From positions 34,162,001 to 34,226,000 of the forward strand of contig CATNEN010000038.1 of assembly GCA_950097015.1 (NCBI GenBank): a DNA stretch of 64,000 nt. The letters run 5' to 3'. Origin of the DNA: Macrostomum hystrix. Lineage: Eukaryota; Animalia; Platyhelminthes. Below are positions 48,919-61,379 of the stretch, piece after piece. A model generated the notes under the pieces. It worked only from the letters and a program-made list of their open reading frames with translations, searched no databases and was not told where the DNA came from. Each line of letters opens with the position of its first letter. The first letter of the stretch is position 1. The translations under genes and the position numbers were made by a program.

Positions 48919-50246
48919 TCAAACATCGGCACTCCAGCGCAGTAGCTCCGGGCACTCGTCCAGCAGCTGCCGAGCCGTATCGCCGAAGAGCAGGCCAGTC
49001 AGCAGCAGGCTTCCATCTGAACCATCGTCTGTCATCGCCAGGACAGTCATGGAAACCTTGCTATCGACAGCCCGGACCATCAGGTGGCCGCCTGGTCGCA
49101 CGCGATGCGCCTCGCCTCCATCGCTGTCCAACACAGCTGCCCGGCCTCCGCTGAGGACGAACAGCAAACCCCGCAGCTCGTGCCCCGGTCGAACAATCGG
49201 CTGCCGGTGAGCGAACTGCCGCAGCCTCAGACTGATTGCGAGCTCTGCCAGCCGCCGGTCGGAAAGCGTTGAAAGCGCCGGCGACTTGGCCAGACTGTGG
49301 ACGATCTCTCGCCTCCTCCTGCGCAGCGTCGGCACCACGAAGCTCCGGTCAAGGATCCACAGCGAGCCGGGCGATAGAGGCTTCAAAGCCACCGTCCGCT
49401 GGGCCGCGGATTCTAGTTGACTGGCGAAGCCCACAGGGCCGCCGTCACGAAACTGGTGCACGATTTGCGTTGAGCCGAACTGGTCGGATAACTCGATGCT
49501 CACCTGGAAGCTGCCGCTGCTGATCACCAGAATGCCGTCGCTTGGATCGATGTACTCTCCTATAGTTTATCAAGGGTTGATTGGCAGACCAGTTGACTTG
49601 CACCAAGTTCCCTGAGTTCTTTCCGCGGGGCAAGGCCACATTCAGGTCTTGAGGTCCAACCCCTCACGCACAGTGAGAGTGTATACAGTGCCTGACGATG
49701 AGAAAGTCAGGGCAGATGTACACACCTATTTTCGAGTGTGTTTAGGAGTCAGAGGAATGCAGAACCGTCTATTATAGCTGCCACCAACTGTTGTGCCAGT
49801 GCCCAGAGCCCTCCTGTAAATATTATTATTGCTATTAATTGGAACAGTTATCAGTTGCAAGAACTTGCCCGGTCTACCGATTTTTTTCTTTCGGCCTCAC
49901 CTAGTCGAACAGGTTTTTCATTCATTGTGTCAGCCGCTTTTTCAAAGTGCCTTTCCGTGAAGACGCCCAAACAGGGGATGCTTTTGAGAGCTTTTAGTAG
50001 ATAACGTCGAACTTCGGGAGACTTCCTATGGTAGGGCTGAATGATATTTGAGTTGAATGGTTAGTCAAACAATAAAAGGAATTTAACTCGTACATGTTAC
50101 AGCATATAATGAGCCCAGTATCTCACCAAGTGCTCTAACTCGCTGTTCTCATCGACGCCTAGACTACTCAAAAGTTCAGTCAGGGTTTTGCCGATTAGCT
50201 GGCGACAGTTGCGAATCACGGACGAAGCAGATAGCTGATGCGCCAT
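48919..50246 (-). CDS. Divergent tandem cyclic-nucleotide-binding domain protein (PKA-R/PKG regulatory-like, no kinase domain), 3 exons, ~298 aa
   Basis: Exons 50127-50246, 49901-50036 and 48919-49559 join in phase: MAHQL..|PYHRKSPEVRRYLLKALKSIPCLGVF..AADTM.EKPVRLG|EYI..GILVISSG.FQV..QRTVAL..LWILDRSFV..RRREIVHSLAKSPALSTLSDRRLAELAISL..F.HRQPIVRPG..LLFVLSG (two CNB-fold repeats). Confidence 0.72.
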
Positions 50247-50757
50247 TGTACCGAATCGCGACTCGCGAGGTTGTTTTTGGTCGAAAAAGCAACTGAGGCA
50301 TCGCCTTCATATATATCGACGTCGTATAAAGAGGTTTGTCTACCTGCAGCTTTAAAAAACGATTGTGGAGCAATTTTCGCTAAATCGGCTGAGAAAATTG
50401 TTGGGCACCCAATTTCGTCTTTACACAGCATCCTTTTGTAGGAACAGTAATTATACCGCCGTGGTCAAAAGCGTGACTATTTACGACCGTTTTGTTTAAC
50501 TAATATTAAAGTATACAAAATCGGGATTGGGGCCGTAAATTGGACTGACTGATTTTACACATTTTGTCTCCAAATGAGAGCGTGGCTATTGAAATCGCTG
50601 TCAAATCGTTTCAAAAAAAGCTGATGTAATTGGTCTAGAAATTTCTGCCATACAAGTATTCTATCTTAGTGTAAAGTATATCTTATTTATCTACCATATC
50701 AACTTCGTCATGTTATGCATGCTGAATACTGGGTGAATTGTAAAGATTAAAGTTGGC

Positions 50758-52868
50758 TTCTGAGGACTAGAGTAGGCAGTTTCTGAGGATTAGAGTAGGC
50801 AGTCTCTGAGGATTAGAGTAGGCAGTCTCTGAGGATTAGAGTAGGCAGTTTCTGAGGATTAGAGTAGGCAGTTTCTGAGGATTAGAGTAGGCAGTCTCTG
50901 AGGATTAGAGTAGGCAGTCTCTGAGGATTAGAGTAGGCAGTTTCTGATGATTAGAGTAGGCAGTCTCTGAGGATTAGAGTAGGCAGTCTCTGAGGATTAG
51001 AGTAGGCAGTTTCTGAGGATTAGAGTAGGCAGTCTCTGATGATTAGAGTAGGCAGTTTCTGAGGATTAGAGTAGGCAGTTTCTGAGGATTAGAGTAGGCA
51101 GTTTCTGAGGATTAGAGTAGGCAGTCTCTGAGGACTAGAGTAGGCAGTTTCTGAGGATTAGAGTAGGCAGTCTCTGAGGATTAGAGTAGGCAGTTTCTGA
51201 GGATTAGAGTAGGCAGTTTCTGAGGATTAGAGTAGGCAGTTTCTGAGGATTAGAGTAGGCAGTCTCTGAGGATTAGAGTAGGCAGTCTCTGAGGATTAGA
51301 GTAGGCAGTTTCTGATGATTAGAGTAGGCAGTTTCTGATGATTAGAGTAGGCAGTTTCCGAGGATTAGAGTAGGCAGTTTCTGAGGATTAGAGTAGGCAG
51401 TCTCTGAGGATTAGAGTAGGCAGTTTCTGAGGATTAGAGTAGGCAGTTTCTGAGGATTAGAGTAGGCAGTTTCTGATGATTAGAGTAGGCAGTTTCCGAG
51501 GATTAGAGTAGGCAGTTTCTGATGATTAGAGTGTTGTGACAAAGCCGGATCGCGTCAGGAGACTTGATCAGTCCGTCCCTATGGCGCAGTTCAGTCCCAG
51601 CCAGACCCGCAAATGAGTGACAAAAAGGCCAAAGTTACTCACTTAACAGTTTCTTAGACTGCAACTTTAACTGTGCGGTGGTCGCCGATGGGGGACTCGT
51701 TCGGTACTACCTTAAGGTACAATCTTAATTAGTCTCAGATTCGGTTGGAGGGTTAGGGTTGAGCAAACGGTCGAAGGAGCCCCTCACCGGCGCCACTCCA
51801 ATATATATTTTAGGCTGGCCGGACTAAGCCGCGGGTATCGCTACCCCGGGCCCACCCGGCCACCCACACAACCAGTTTAGAAGATAACAGCGAGAAGGCT
51901 GCTGATTGGCCGGCGCGCGAGAGAGGCGGCCCGGACCAATCAGCAGCTGCGCGAGCATGGTAACACTTGGGGTTTTAAAGGTAGTCACGCAAGCGGGAGG
52001 GTGGGGCGATAACAGGCTGGGGGGCCGCATTGAGAGGGGTGGGGCAACTAGCCAAGCCAGCGAGCCCCGACAGACTGGGGTGAGTGGAGCATGAACAGCC
52101 GAGGAGGGAAAGTACAGTGCCCAGTGCGCCAATCAACTGCAAGCCTGAGATCGCTAAGCAGTGAAAGTACAACACGGCACAACAAGAGTAGGCAGTCTCT
52201 GAGGATTAGAGTAGGCAGTCTCTGAGGATTAGAGTAGGCAGTCTCTGAGGATTAGAGTAGGCAGTCTCTGATGATTAGAGTAGGCAGTCTCTGAGGATTA
52301 GAGTAGGCAGTCTCTGAGGATTAGAGTAGGCAGTCTCTGAGGATTAGAGTAGGCAGTTTCTGATGATTAGAGTAGGCAGTCTCTGAGGATTAGAGTAGGC
52401 AGTTTCTGATGATTAGAGTAGGCAGTCTCTGAGGATTAGAGTAGGCAGTTTCTGAGGATTAGAGTAGGCAGTTTCTGAGGATTAGAGTAGGCAGTTTCTG
52501 AGGATTAGAGTAGGCAGTTTCTGATGATTAGAGTAGGCAGTTTCTGATGATTAGAGTAGGCAGTTTCTGAGGATTAGACTAGGCAGTCTCTGAGGATTAG
52601 AGTAGGCAGTCTCTGAGGATTAGAGTAGGCAGTTTCTGATGATTAGAGTAGGCAGTCTCTGAGTATTAGAGTAGGCAGTTTCTGATGATTAGAGTAGGCA
52701 GTCTCTGAGGATTAGAGTAGGCAGTTTCTGAGGATTAGAGTAGGCAGTTTCTGAGGATTAGAGTAGGCAGTTTCTGATGATTAGAGTAGGCAGTCTCTGA
52801 GGATTAGAGTAGGCAGTTTCTGATGATTAGAGTAGGCAGTCTCTGATTATTAGAGTATGCAGTTTCTG
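50758..52868. repeat. 23-bp minisatellite GAGGATTAGAGTAGGCAGT(T/C)TCT, interrupted by a solo LTR
   Basis: Array on both sides of 51532-52184. Confidence 0.96.
51532..52184. mobile_element. Solo LTR (653 bp), Gypsy-like 4-bp TSD
   Basis: TG...CA ends with a 7-bp terminal inverted repeat TGTTGTG/CACAACA. AGAG is duplicated on both sides (51528-51531, 52185-52188). Internal TATA-like AATATATATT at ~51800. Confidence 0.88.
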
Positions 52869-55383
52869 GGTAGATAAGTTATGAGTTTTCTCCACCTGTC
52901 AAATTCACCCACCTCTGGCTTTTTTGGTTTTTCAAGGTGCCACCCACCTCCCTCCAATTTCCTTTGTTCTCCGCCCATAAATCATTCCCACCTGCCAACG
53001 CGCACCTCCCTCCCTCCCTCCCTATATTTCTGATGTCTTCTATCTTCCCTATCTTCGTTATAGCAATATATCAAAACTTGTCATTTTAAATTCTTAGTTT
53101 TTTACGTCATAAATCATCTGGCAACTTATAACTGTCATCTTTTGGATCCTAAATCATCCTATGCACCCAGCCCACTCCCTTCCCAACCAATCACCGTCCG
53201 GCCGGCGGAGCACGTGATACGATTGTCTGTCAAGGTCGGGCTGATCAGGCGATCACGGCGTGTGTGCGTGACTTTGGCTGAAAAAAAAGAGGTGGTGCGG
53301 CGGCATTTCGGACAACCTTGATCTCGAACCTTCTGGGATCTTTCTGATAGCTGAACCTTCTTCGAAGCGTTCTTCAGGCCATCTTTTGCCGTTCTACGTC
53401 TTGCCTGCTCTGAACCGTTCCGGTCGCTGAATCACCCGTTCCTGCACCTCGCCAGTGCCTGGACCCGTTTGAGTAACATCTGCATTTGGTTGAGACCTCG
53501 TCTTTCGCCTTTCGGCCTGACCATCTGAAGCCGTCCTCTGAACACCTGAGGCCTACGAGCGTACATTGTAGGACAGCGCGTCGTCCCGTCGATGCCGCGC
53601 CGCAGCCGCACCTGACCTGAAAGCGCCGCATGCTCCGTTGCCGGATCGGTGAGTCCAACCTAATCTTGCCCTTAAGGTATTGAGGATTTTCTTAAGTGCG
53701 CCGATTTATTAATTTACGCTCCCTCTATCTCTATCTTAATTTCACCTTAGCATTACATATTTTATGTGTTTAAACATCAATAACTATTAGAATTCGTTGA
53801 ATCTAAATGAATCTTTAAAGTTTAAAAAATCTAAACTTTTAAATTTAGAAGCAAAAACTTTGACTTCTCTTTGCCATGTGAATATGGCAAAGCGCGCATA
53901 AATTTGTGCGTTACAGCAGAGCCGAAGAATGAGAGCATATGAACTGATCAGAAGGGGCTAAATCTAACACACAGAGCCGAAGCCCATCGATAAGAGATAG
54001 ATAGCTTGATCGCTTTATGATCCAAGTGCCAAATCTCTAATATTAATACTGTATGTGACACTAATGTAAAGTGCTCTTAAGGTTCAGATTAGTCTTGCAA
54101 ACCAGATCACATGGAAGTGGATCCTTAACCTGTACTTGCATGGTTGGGGCCTGGCGATTAGAAGTAAATCCAAGTAAGAGCGTATAGCTAGGCGTTCTCG
54201 ACCTTGGGTCGGTCCCTCTGTAGTAGCTAGTAGTACGGAGGGACCCATATATCGGCTGTTTCTATGTATATACGCATATACATATATGCACCAAGGACCA
54301 CTAGGACTAGTACTCCTAGTGGTATTTGATATGTACATGTATAATATACATTATATATTTATATTAACTCGAGTCGTCCTTGCGAATGTGTACTCGTAAA
54401 CAGTCAATATAATACACATTTGCGCGGTGATAAGTTAAGCAGTTTAACAACGGTGTCGTTGTGTTTAATGTAAAAATGCTAAAATATTTAGAACAATAAA
54501 AGCGACAAATAAGCATTTTCTATTTGTGTGAAAAATGTTACAAAAGCTCATAACAAAAAAGTAGCAATTCATTTGTACTAGAGACGTTTCAATGCTTTAA
54601 ATTCAACGATGAATCCAGCACTTTATAAATTATAAAAGTTATCGTGTTTTTTAGGTTGTCTTAAATATAATATTACTCACAAATCTATCTTAAATCTTTT
54701 GATATTTCAACTACAAGGCTAGGAGTTTTAAACTTTTCTGATCGATTGTTATTAAAAAGTCAATTGAATAGCAATTTTGTGTTTCTTTCTCATATTAGGT
54801 AAAAATTGGTTCCCTTAAGATTGAAACATTAATATTCAACTTTTTCTTAACTGTACAGCAGAAAACGGAGTCGGCGAAACGTATATGTTTTTGTTATAAT
54901 ATCCATAGTACATTAAAGCTCACATTCTCCTATTGTATAACTCTGCTGTTTTATATTTGTTTTATACAACTCTGCAAGCAAAAATGTAAAATTAAAATGC
55001 TACTCTTTTTCTTATTTATGTGCTATAAATAGTAAACATCAATAGGTAACTTCTAATGAATTATATTAATTTTCTTAAGCGTAAGAGTTGCATAATTTCA
55101 TTTGATTCATGCCTCTTCTATTTTTCAAGTGAAGTGTAATTGCTTTTTATTTTACCCAGGTTCTTGTTAGTCAGAACCGAAACTTCTTTTTAATATTAGC
55201 TATAAATGCTTAAGCTTAACACATTTTTATGAGAACTAGAACGTTGAGTAAGTATAAGTGTTGAACTTTAATGTATCATTTTAGCTCCATAAAAAGCAAA
55301 TTTCAATATATTCAAGAAAATATAGTTTTTTCTTCAAAGCAGAACACACTCACATTGCAGGCAGGGCCAGAATTACAAAACTG

Positions 55384-58300
55384 ATGAAGCGAAATATCCA
55401 GAGAAAACCTTTCTCAGAGTTTCTAAGCGCCTTAATGGCCAAGGCTGACAGTTTGTTGCAGAAATTTCACTCCGAACTGAAATGCCTTACCGGCCCGTCG
55501 GATATTGGCCGTCTGTTGCCTTTTGTTAAACAAGTGTACACTCTCAGCTGCAGCCATCTTGACAATCAGCTCAGCGAGCAGCAGCTCACTGAATACTTTA
55601 ACGAGATTGGCAATCGGTTTGCGACCAACACGGCCCTGCTAAAGGATCTTTGCCGACTGTGCATTGAAGTCTTCAGGGCTCACTCTGATGACTGCTTCGT
55701 GCCGCCCTCGGATAAAATGAAAGCCGAATTCGACCAGCATTTCGAGGTGTTTAACTCAGTGCTGAAAATCTTTCATAACTTCACTGACGCCAGCGTTGAG
55801 TTCTGCTTGGCATTGTCGCGCATAGAGTCACTGTACAAGGAGTGCGCCAAACCCCTTCTGATTGGCTGGGTCAATCAGCACGCGTCGGTTACACCTTGCC
55901 GCCTAGTCGTCAATTCTGTTCTAGGCTTTGTTGGCAATCAGTTCTTCAAAGATAATTCACAAATCTACAACAATTTGGCGTCTATGGAGCTGGTTGAAAC
56001 TGTGATGCCCTACCTGAATAGCCCGGTGCTCAATATTAAAGTTCTGGCTCTGTTTCTTATAGCATTCGCCTTGGACGAGAGCCAGGTGAGAGGGTGAGAA
56101 TGTGAGAATGATGAGAATGATGAGAATGATGAGAATGTGAGAAGGTGAGAAGGTGAGAATGTGAGAGGGTAAAAATGTGAGAGGGTAAAAATGTGAGAGG
56201 GTGAGAATGTGAGAGGGTATAAATGTGAGAGGGTAAAAATGTGAGAGGGTAAAAATGTGAGAGGGTGAGAATGTGAGAGGGTAAAAATGTGAGAATGTGA
56301 GAGGGTGAGAATGATGAGAATGGGAGAGGGTGAGAATGTGAGTGGGTGAGAGGGTGAGAATGATGAGAATGGGAGAGGGTGAGAATGATGAGAATGGAAG
56401 AGGGTGAGAGGGTGAGAATGTGAGTGGGTGAGAGGGTGAGAATGATGAGAATGGGAGAGGGTGAGAATGTGAGAAGGTGAGAATGTGAGAATTTGAGAAT
56501 GATGAGAATGTGAGAATGATAAGAATGTGAGAATGATGAGAATGTGAGAATGATGAGAATGTGAAAATGATGAGAATGTGAAAAGGTGAGAATGTGACAA
56601 TGATGAGAATGTGAGAATGTGAGAATGTGAGAATGATGAGAATGTGAGAATGTGAGAATGTGAGAATTTGAGAGGTCGAGAATGTGAGAGGGCGAGAATG
56701 TGAGAGGGCGAGAATGTGAGAATGATGAGAATGTGAAAAGGTGAGAATGTGAGAATGATGAGAATGTGAGAATGTGAGAATGTGAGAATGTGAGAGGGCG
56801 AGAATGTGAGAGGGCGAGAATGTGAGAATGATGAGAATGTGAAAAGGTGAGAATGTGAGAATGATGAGAATGTGAGAATGTGAGAATGTGAGAATGTGAG
56901 AGGGCGAGAATGTGAGAGGGCGAGAATGTGAGAATAATGAGAATGTGAAAATGATGAGAATGTGACAATGATGAGAATGTGAGAATGTGAGAATGATGAG
57001 AATGTGAGAATGTGAGAATGTGAGAATTTGAGAGGTCGAGAATGTGAGAGGGCGAGAATGTGAGAGGGCGAGAATGTGAGAGGGCGAGAATGTGAGAATG
57101 ATGAGAATGTGAAAAGGTGAGAATGTGAGAATGATGAGAATGTGAGAATGTGAGAATGTGAGAATGTGAGAGGGCGAGAATGTGAGAGGGCGAGAATGTG
57201 AGAATGATGAGAATGTGAAAAGGTGAGAATGTGAGAATGATGAGAATGTGAGAATGTGAGAATGTGAGAATGTGAGAGGGCGAGAATGTGAGAGGGCGAG
57301 AATGTGAGAATAATGAGAATGTGAAAATGATGAGAATGTGAAAATGATGAGAATGTGAAAAGGTGAGAATGTGAGAATGATGAGAATGTGAGAATGTGAG
57401 AATGTGAGAATGTGAGAGGTCGAGAATGTGAGAGGGCGAGAATGTGAGAGGGCGAGAATGTGAGAGGGCGAGAATGTGAGAGGGCGAGAATGTGAGAGGG
57501 TGAGAATGTGAGAGGTCGAGAATGTGAGAGGTCGAGAATGTGAGAGGGTGAGAATGTGAGAATGATGAGAATGTGAGAATGTGAGAATGTGAGAATGTGA
57601 GAGGTCGAGAATGTGAGAGGGCGAGAATGTGAGAGGGTGAGAATGTGGGCAGGTGAGAATGAAAGAGCTAGTGAGACTGATTATGAGAGTTTAGAAGTGT
57701 GCCAAAGCAAGTTCAAGCTGCTTGAACAGTTAATTGTTTAATTGGGAGAATTTATACCTAACATTCTGGCAGTGGAAACAACAGTTGTGATAATGAAGCT
57801 TATTGGTAAATTAAAATCGTGAAATTACGAGTATTTTAGGCAAATCTGTACGAGAGCGCCACCCCAGTCATGCAATTCCTTGTCGACAAACTGAGCGAGG
57901 CGACTAAATCGGCGAATCGAACCTGCTTCGTCAGCCTACAGGACGCCGATTACCAGACCTATCACGCTATCGAACTGGCCAAGTGCATTAACCGACTGGC
58001 GTTGAACGAAGTCAACAAGAAGCTGCTGGTTGGCTTCGGCCTGCTGCCCGTGCTGCGAGCCATGATTGACAGCGGAGCCGAGGACGAAGTAGCAGCCAGC
58101 TTGGACATTCTGTTCACTCTGAGCTTCAGGTCTGCTTTGGGATTTTATTTGGAATGGGGATCACGATTCAGTAATGTGACCTTACATACAGAGCGGGGAT
58201 CTGAATTCACAATGGGGATCTGAGTTCACAATGGGGATCTGAATTCACAATGGGGATCTGAATTCACAATGGGGATCTGAATTCACAGTGGGGATCTGAA

Positions 58301-61300
58301 TTCACAATGGGGATCTGAATTCACAATGGGGATCTGAATTCACAATGGGGATCTGAATTCACAGTGGGGATCTGAATTCACAATGCGGATCTGGATTCGA
58401 GGATATGGTAATCTGGTTTCGAGGATATGTCGATATGAATTCGAGGATATGGGGATCTGAATTCGAGGATATGGGGATCTGGATTCGAGGATATGGGGAT
58501 CTGGATTCGAGGATATGGCGATCTGAATTCGAGGATATGGGGATCTGGATTCGAGGATATGGGGATCTGGATTCGAGGATATGGGAATCTGAATTCGAGG
58601 ATGAGGATCTGGATTTATTGATCCCCATTCAAACTACAAAATTCTAGAGAGGAGAACCGCGAGATTATCAGGGATCAGTTCTCGGAGACTCTGCACCGGC
58701 TCTACTCCAGTGAAGAATCAACACGACTCACCCGCCGATTGTGGCGCAGCTACGGACCAATGCAGGGCCTGAGCATGAACCTGGGCGGCTTAGAGAAGCA
58801 GAAGCAACTGAAATCGGAGCAAATTAGCGAGAAAGACCAGCTGATGCCGCATGTCATGTTAAGCTATCAGCACGAGAACAAACCCCTGGCTGTACAAATC
58901 AAAGATGCATTGAGTCGGAACAATGTCCAGGTGGGTTTCTGGGATTGACTAAAGTTGAGACTCTGATCTCTTATTTTAATTTGAGACGCGGGAAGATGAA
59001 ATACAGAAGAGATGAGACACGATAGAGATAAGACAGGGGAGAGATGAGACAGGGGAGAGATGAGGCACGGGATAGATGAGGTACGGGATAGATGAGACAC
59101 GATAGAGATGAGACAGGGGAAAGATCAGACAGGGAGAGATCAGACAGGGGAGAGATGAGACACGATAGAGATGAGACAGGGGAGAGATGAGACAGGGGAG
59201 AGATGAGACAGGGGAGAGATGAGACAGGGGAGAAATGAGACACGATAGAGATGAGATAGGGGAGAGACAGGACACAGGAGAGATGCGACACGATAGAGAT
59301 GAGACACGGGTGAGACACGATAAAGCTATGGCAGGGGAGACATGTGAAACTACGAGTAGAAGTTTAGTTAGACAACAACAGCATTAGAGAGCGCTTATCG
59401 TTGACGTGGTATTTTTAATAGTTAAGTTCGAAAAATCCCAAATCTTTTCGGTTGAATCTGCAGGTTTGGATTGATTACGAAAGAATGCAGGGCAGCGATG
59501 GCGGATCCACGCTGGGCCTCATGGCTGACGGTGTGGAGGGCTGCTACGCATTCCTGATGTGCATGAGCCGCACCTACAAGGAGTCCAACAATTGCCGGCT
59601 GGAGGCTGAATATGCCTACAGGAAGCAGAAGTTGATTGTGCCAATTTTGATGGAGCAAAAGTACAAGCCAAGCGGTTGGCTGGGCATTATGCTCGGCATG
59701 GGTATGTACAGGGACTTCTCTGGCAAGTACCCGTTCGAGACTAAAATTACTGAGCTAGTCGAAGTGTTGCGCAAGGTGCGGCTTGGAGAACCGCTGCAGG
59801 TAAGCCCCCAAATGCTTTTGAAGAGAATATGTCTTCAATGTTGGATATGGATGTCGACCGGGGAAGGAAGTGAGACTGGCTAGGCGAGGTGTGAGGTGGA
59901 TGTCGGCCGGGGAAGGAAGTGAGACTGGCTAGGCGAGGTGTGAGGTGGATGTCGGCCGGGGAAGGAAGTGAGACTGGCTAGGCGAGGTGTAAGGTGGATG
60001 TCGGCCGGGGAAGGAAGTGAAACTGGCTAGGCGAGGTGTGAGGTGGATGTCGGCCGGGGAAGGAAGTGAAACTGGCTAATGTCGGCCAGGGAAGGAAGTG
60101 AGACTGGCTAGGCGAGGTGTGAGGTGGATGTCGGCCGGGGAAGGAAGTGAGACTGGCTAATGTCGGCCGGGGAAGGAAGTGAGACTGGCTAGGCGAGGTG
60201 TGAGGTGGATGTCGGCCGGGGAAGGAAGTGAGACTGGCTAGGCGAGGTGTGAGGTGGATGTCGGCTGGGGAAGGAAGTGAAACTAGCTAGGCGAGGTGTG
60301 AGGTGGATGTCGGCCGGGGAAGGAAGTGAGACTGGCTAGGCGAGGTGTGAGGTGGATGTCGGCCGGGGAAGGAAGTGAAACTGGCTAGGCGAGGTGTGAG
60401 GTGGATGTCGGCCGGGGAAGGAAGTGAGACTGGCTAGGCGAGGTGTTAGGTGGATGTCGGCCGGGGAAGGAAGTGAAACTGGCTAGGCGAGGTGTGAGGT
60501 GGATGTCGGCCGGGGAAGGAAGTGAAACTGGCTAATGTCGGCCGGGGAAGGAAGTGAAACTGGTTAGGCGATGTTCGAGGTGGGTTTCAGCCGGAAAAGA
60601 AATTCAAACTGGTTTAGCGGAAGGTGGATGTTGGTCAATGAAGAAATGGTGGGAGGTAGGTGTCGGCCGGATCAGGAATTTAAATATGTCCGGCGGCGTG
60701 CGAGGTGGGTTTCAGTCGAGGAAGGAGTTTTAACCGGTCATGCTGGGTTTGAGGTGGTTTTCGGCCGAGGAAAGATGTAAAAATTGTTAAGAGGGTGAGA
60801 GGTGTCTCATGTACTGTTAGTCGCCGAAGCCAGTTGGCGAAAACCAGACTGATTTGGTAACTTTTCAGGTTGGCTGCGCATACTTGTTGTAAGTTAGTGT
60901 TGAATTCAACTCGATAAATCAAAATCAAAACTAAGTCAGCTTTTATCGAGCAAATGCAAACAATCCAAACAAAATTTCGCCAGAGTGAGGTGACCCTGGC
61001 GGCTGGCACGACTCAACAACGATCGTCGATGACAGCCGCGGCCTTGTCCAGCGACGGCGGCAGCCGCCCCGTGAGCTCTGCCGGCTCGCGTGAGCATCAC
61101 TTCCCGTCGGCCTTCGCCTCTCTGCCGCCTATTGGAGTGGTCGGCGGCGCAACAAAACTGCGCGCCTGGACGGCAGAACAGACGGCTCGGTGGCTGCGCG
61201 AGAGAGCCGATCTGCCCGACTCGACGCTGACAACTATCGCGGGCGACGATTTGCACTTTCTGGTGACGGCGCGCGACCGAGATGCGCGCACCTTCTACAG

Positions 61301-61379
61301 GCTGGCTGAGCGGTACTTGGCACAGCCGGTGTCTGTGCAGCACTTGGCCAAATTCGTTAACGCCCTGTACGAACTGTGA
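55384..61379 (+). CDS. ARM-repeat - TIR (TIR_2 type) - SAM-like domain protein, 5 exons
   Basis: Exons 55384-56085, 57840-58129, 58648-58930, 59464-59799 and 60984-61379 join in phase. ARM-like helices (INRLALNEVNKKLLVGFGLLPVL..EDEVAASLDILFTLSF); TIR HVMLSYQH..IKDAL..VWIDYERM.G..TL..MADGVE..FLMCMSRTYKESNNCRLEAEYA..IVPILM..YKPSGWLG; C-terminal WTAEQTARWL..IAGDDL (SAM-like). Confidence 0.85.
56086..57662 (+). repeat. GTGAGAAT/GATGAGAAT/GTGAGAGG microsatellite-like array starting exactly at the splice donor
   Basis: Intron 1 of the TIR gene begins CAG|GTGAGAGGGTGAGAATGTGAGAAT... Confidence 0.95.
58195..58615. repeat. 19-bp GGGGATCTGAATTCACAAT and ~21-bp GGATCTG(A/G)ATTCGAGGATATG arrays
   Basis: Intron 2 of the TIR gene. 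Confidence 0.9.
59005..59320. repeat. 16-bp GAGATGAGACA(G/C)G(G/A)(G/T)(G/A) minisatellite
   Basis: Intron 3 of the TIR gene; related to 5500-6140. Confidence 0.88.
59848..60580. repeat. 49-bp minisatellite GGATGTCGGCCGGGGAAGGAAGTGA(G/A)ACTGGCTAGGCGAGGTGTGAGGT
   Basis: Intron 4 of the TIR gene. Confidence 0.93.

Noticed and set aside
49727-49815. Extra exon of the cNMP gene
   Set aside because: Stops in all phases; the flanking exons already join in frame without it.
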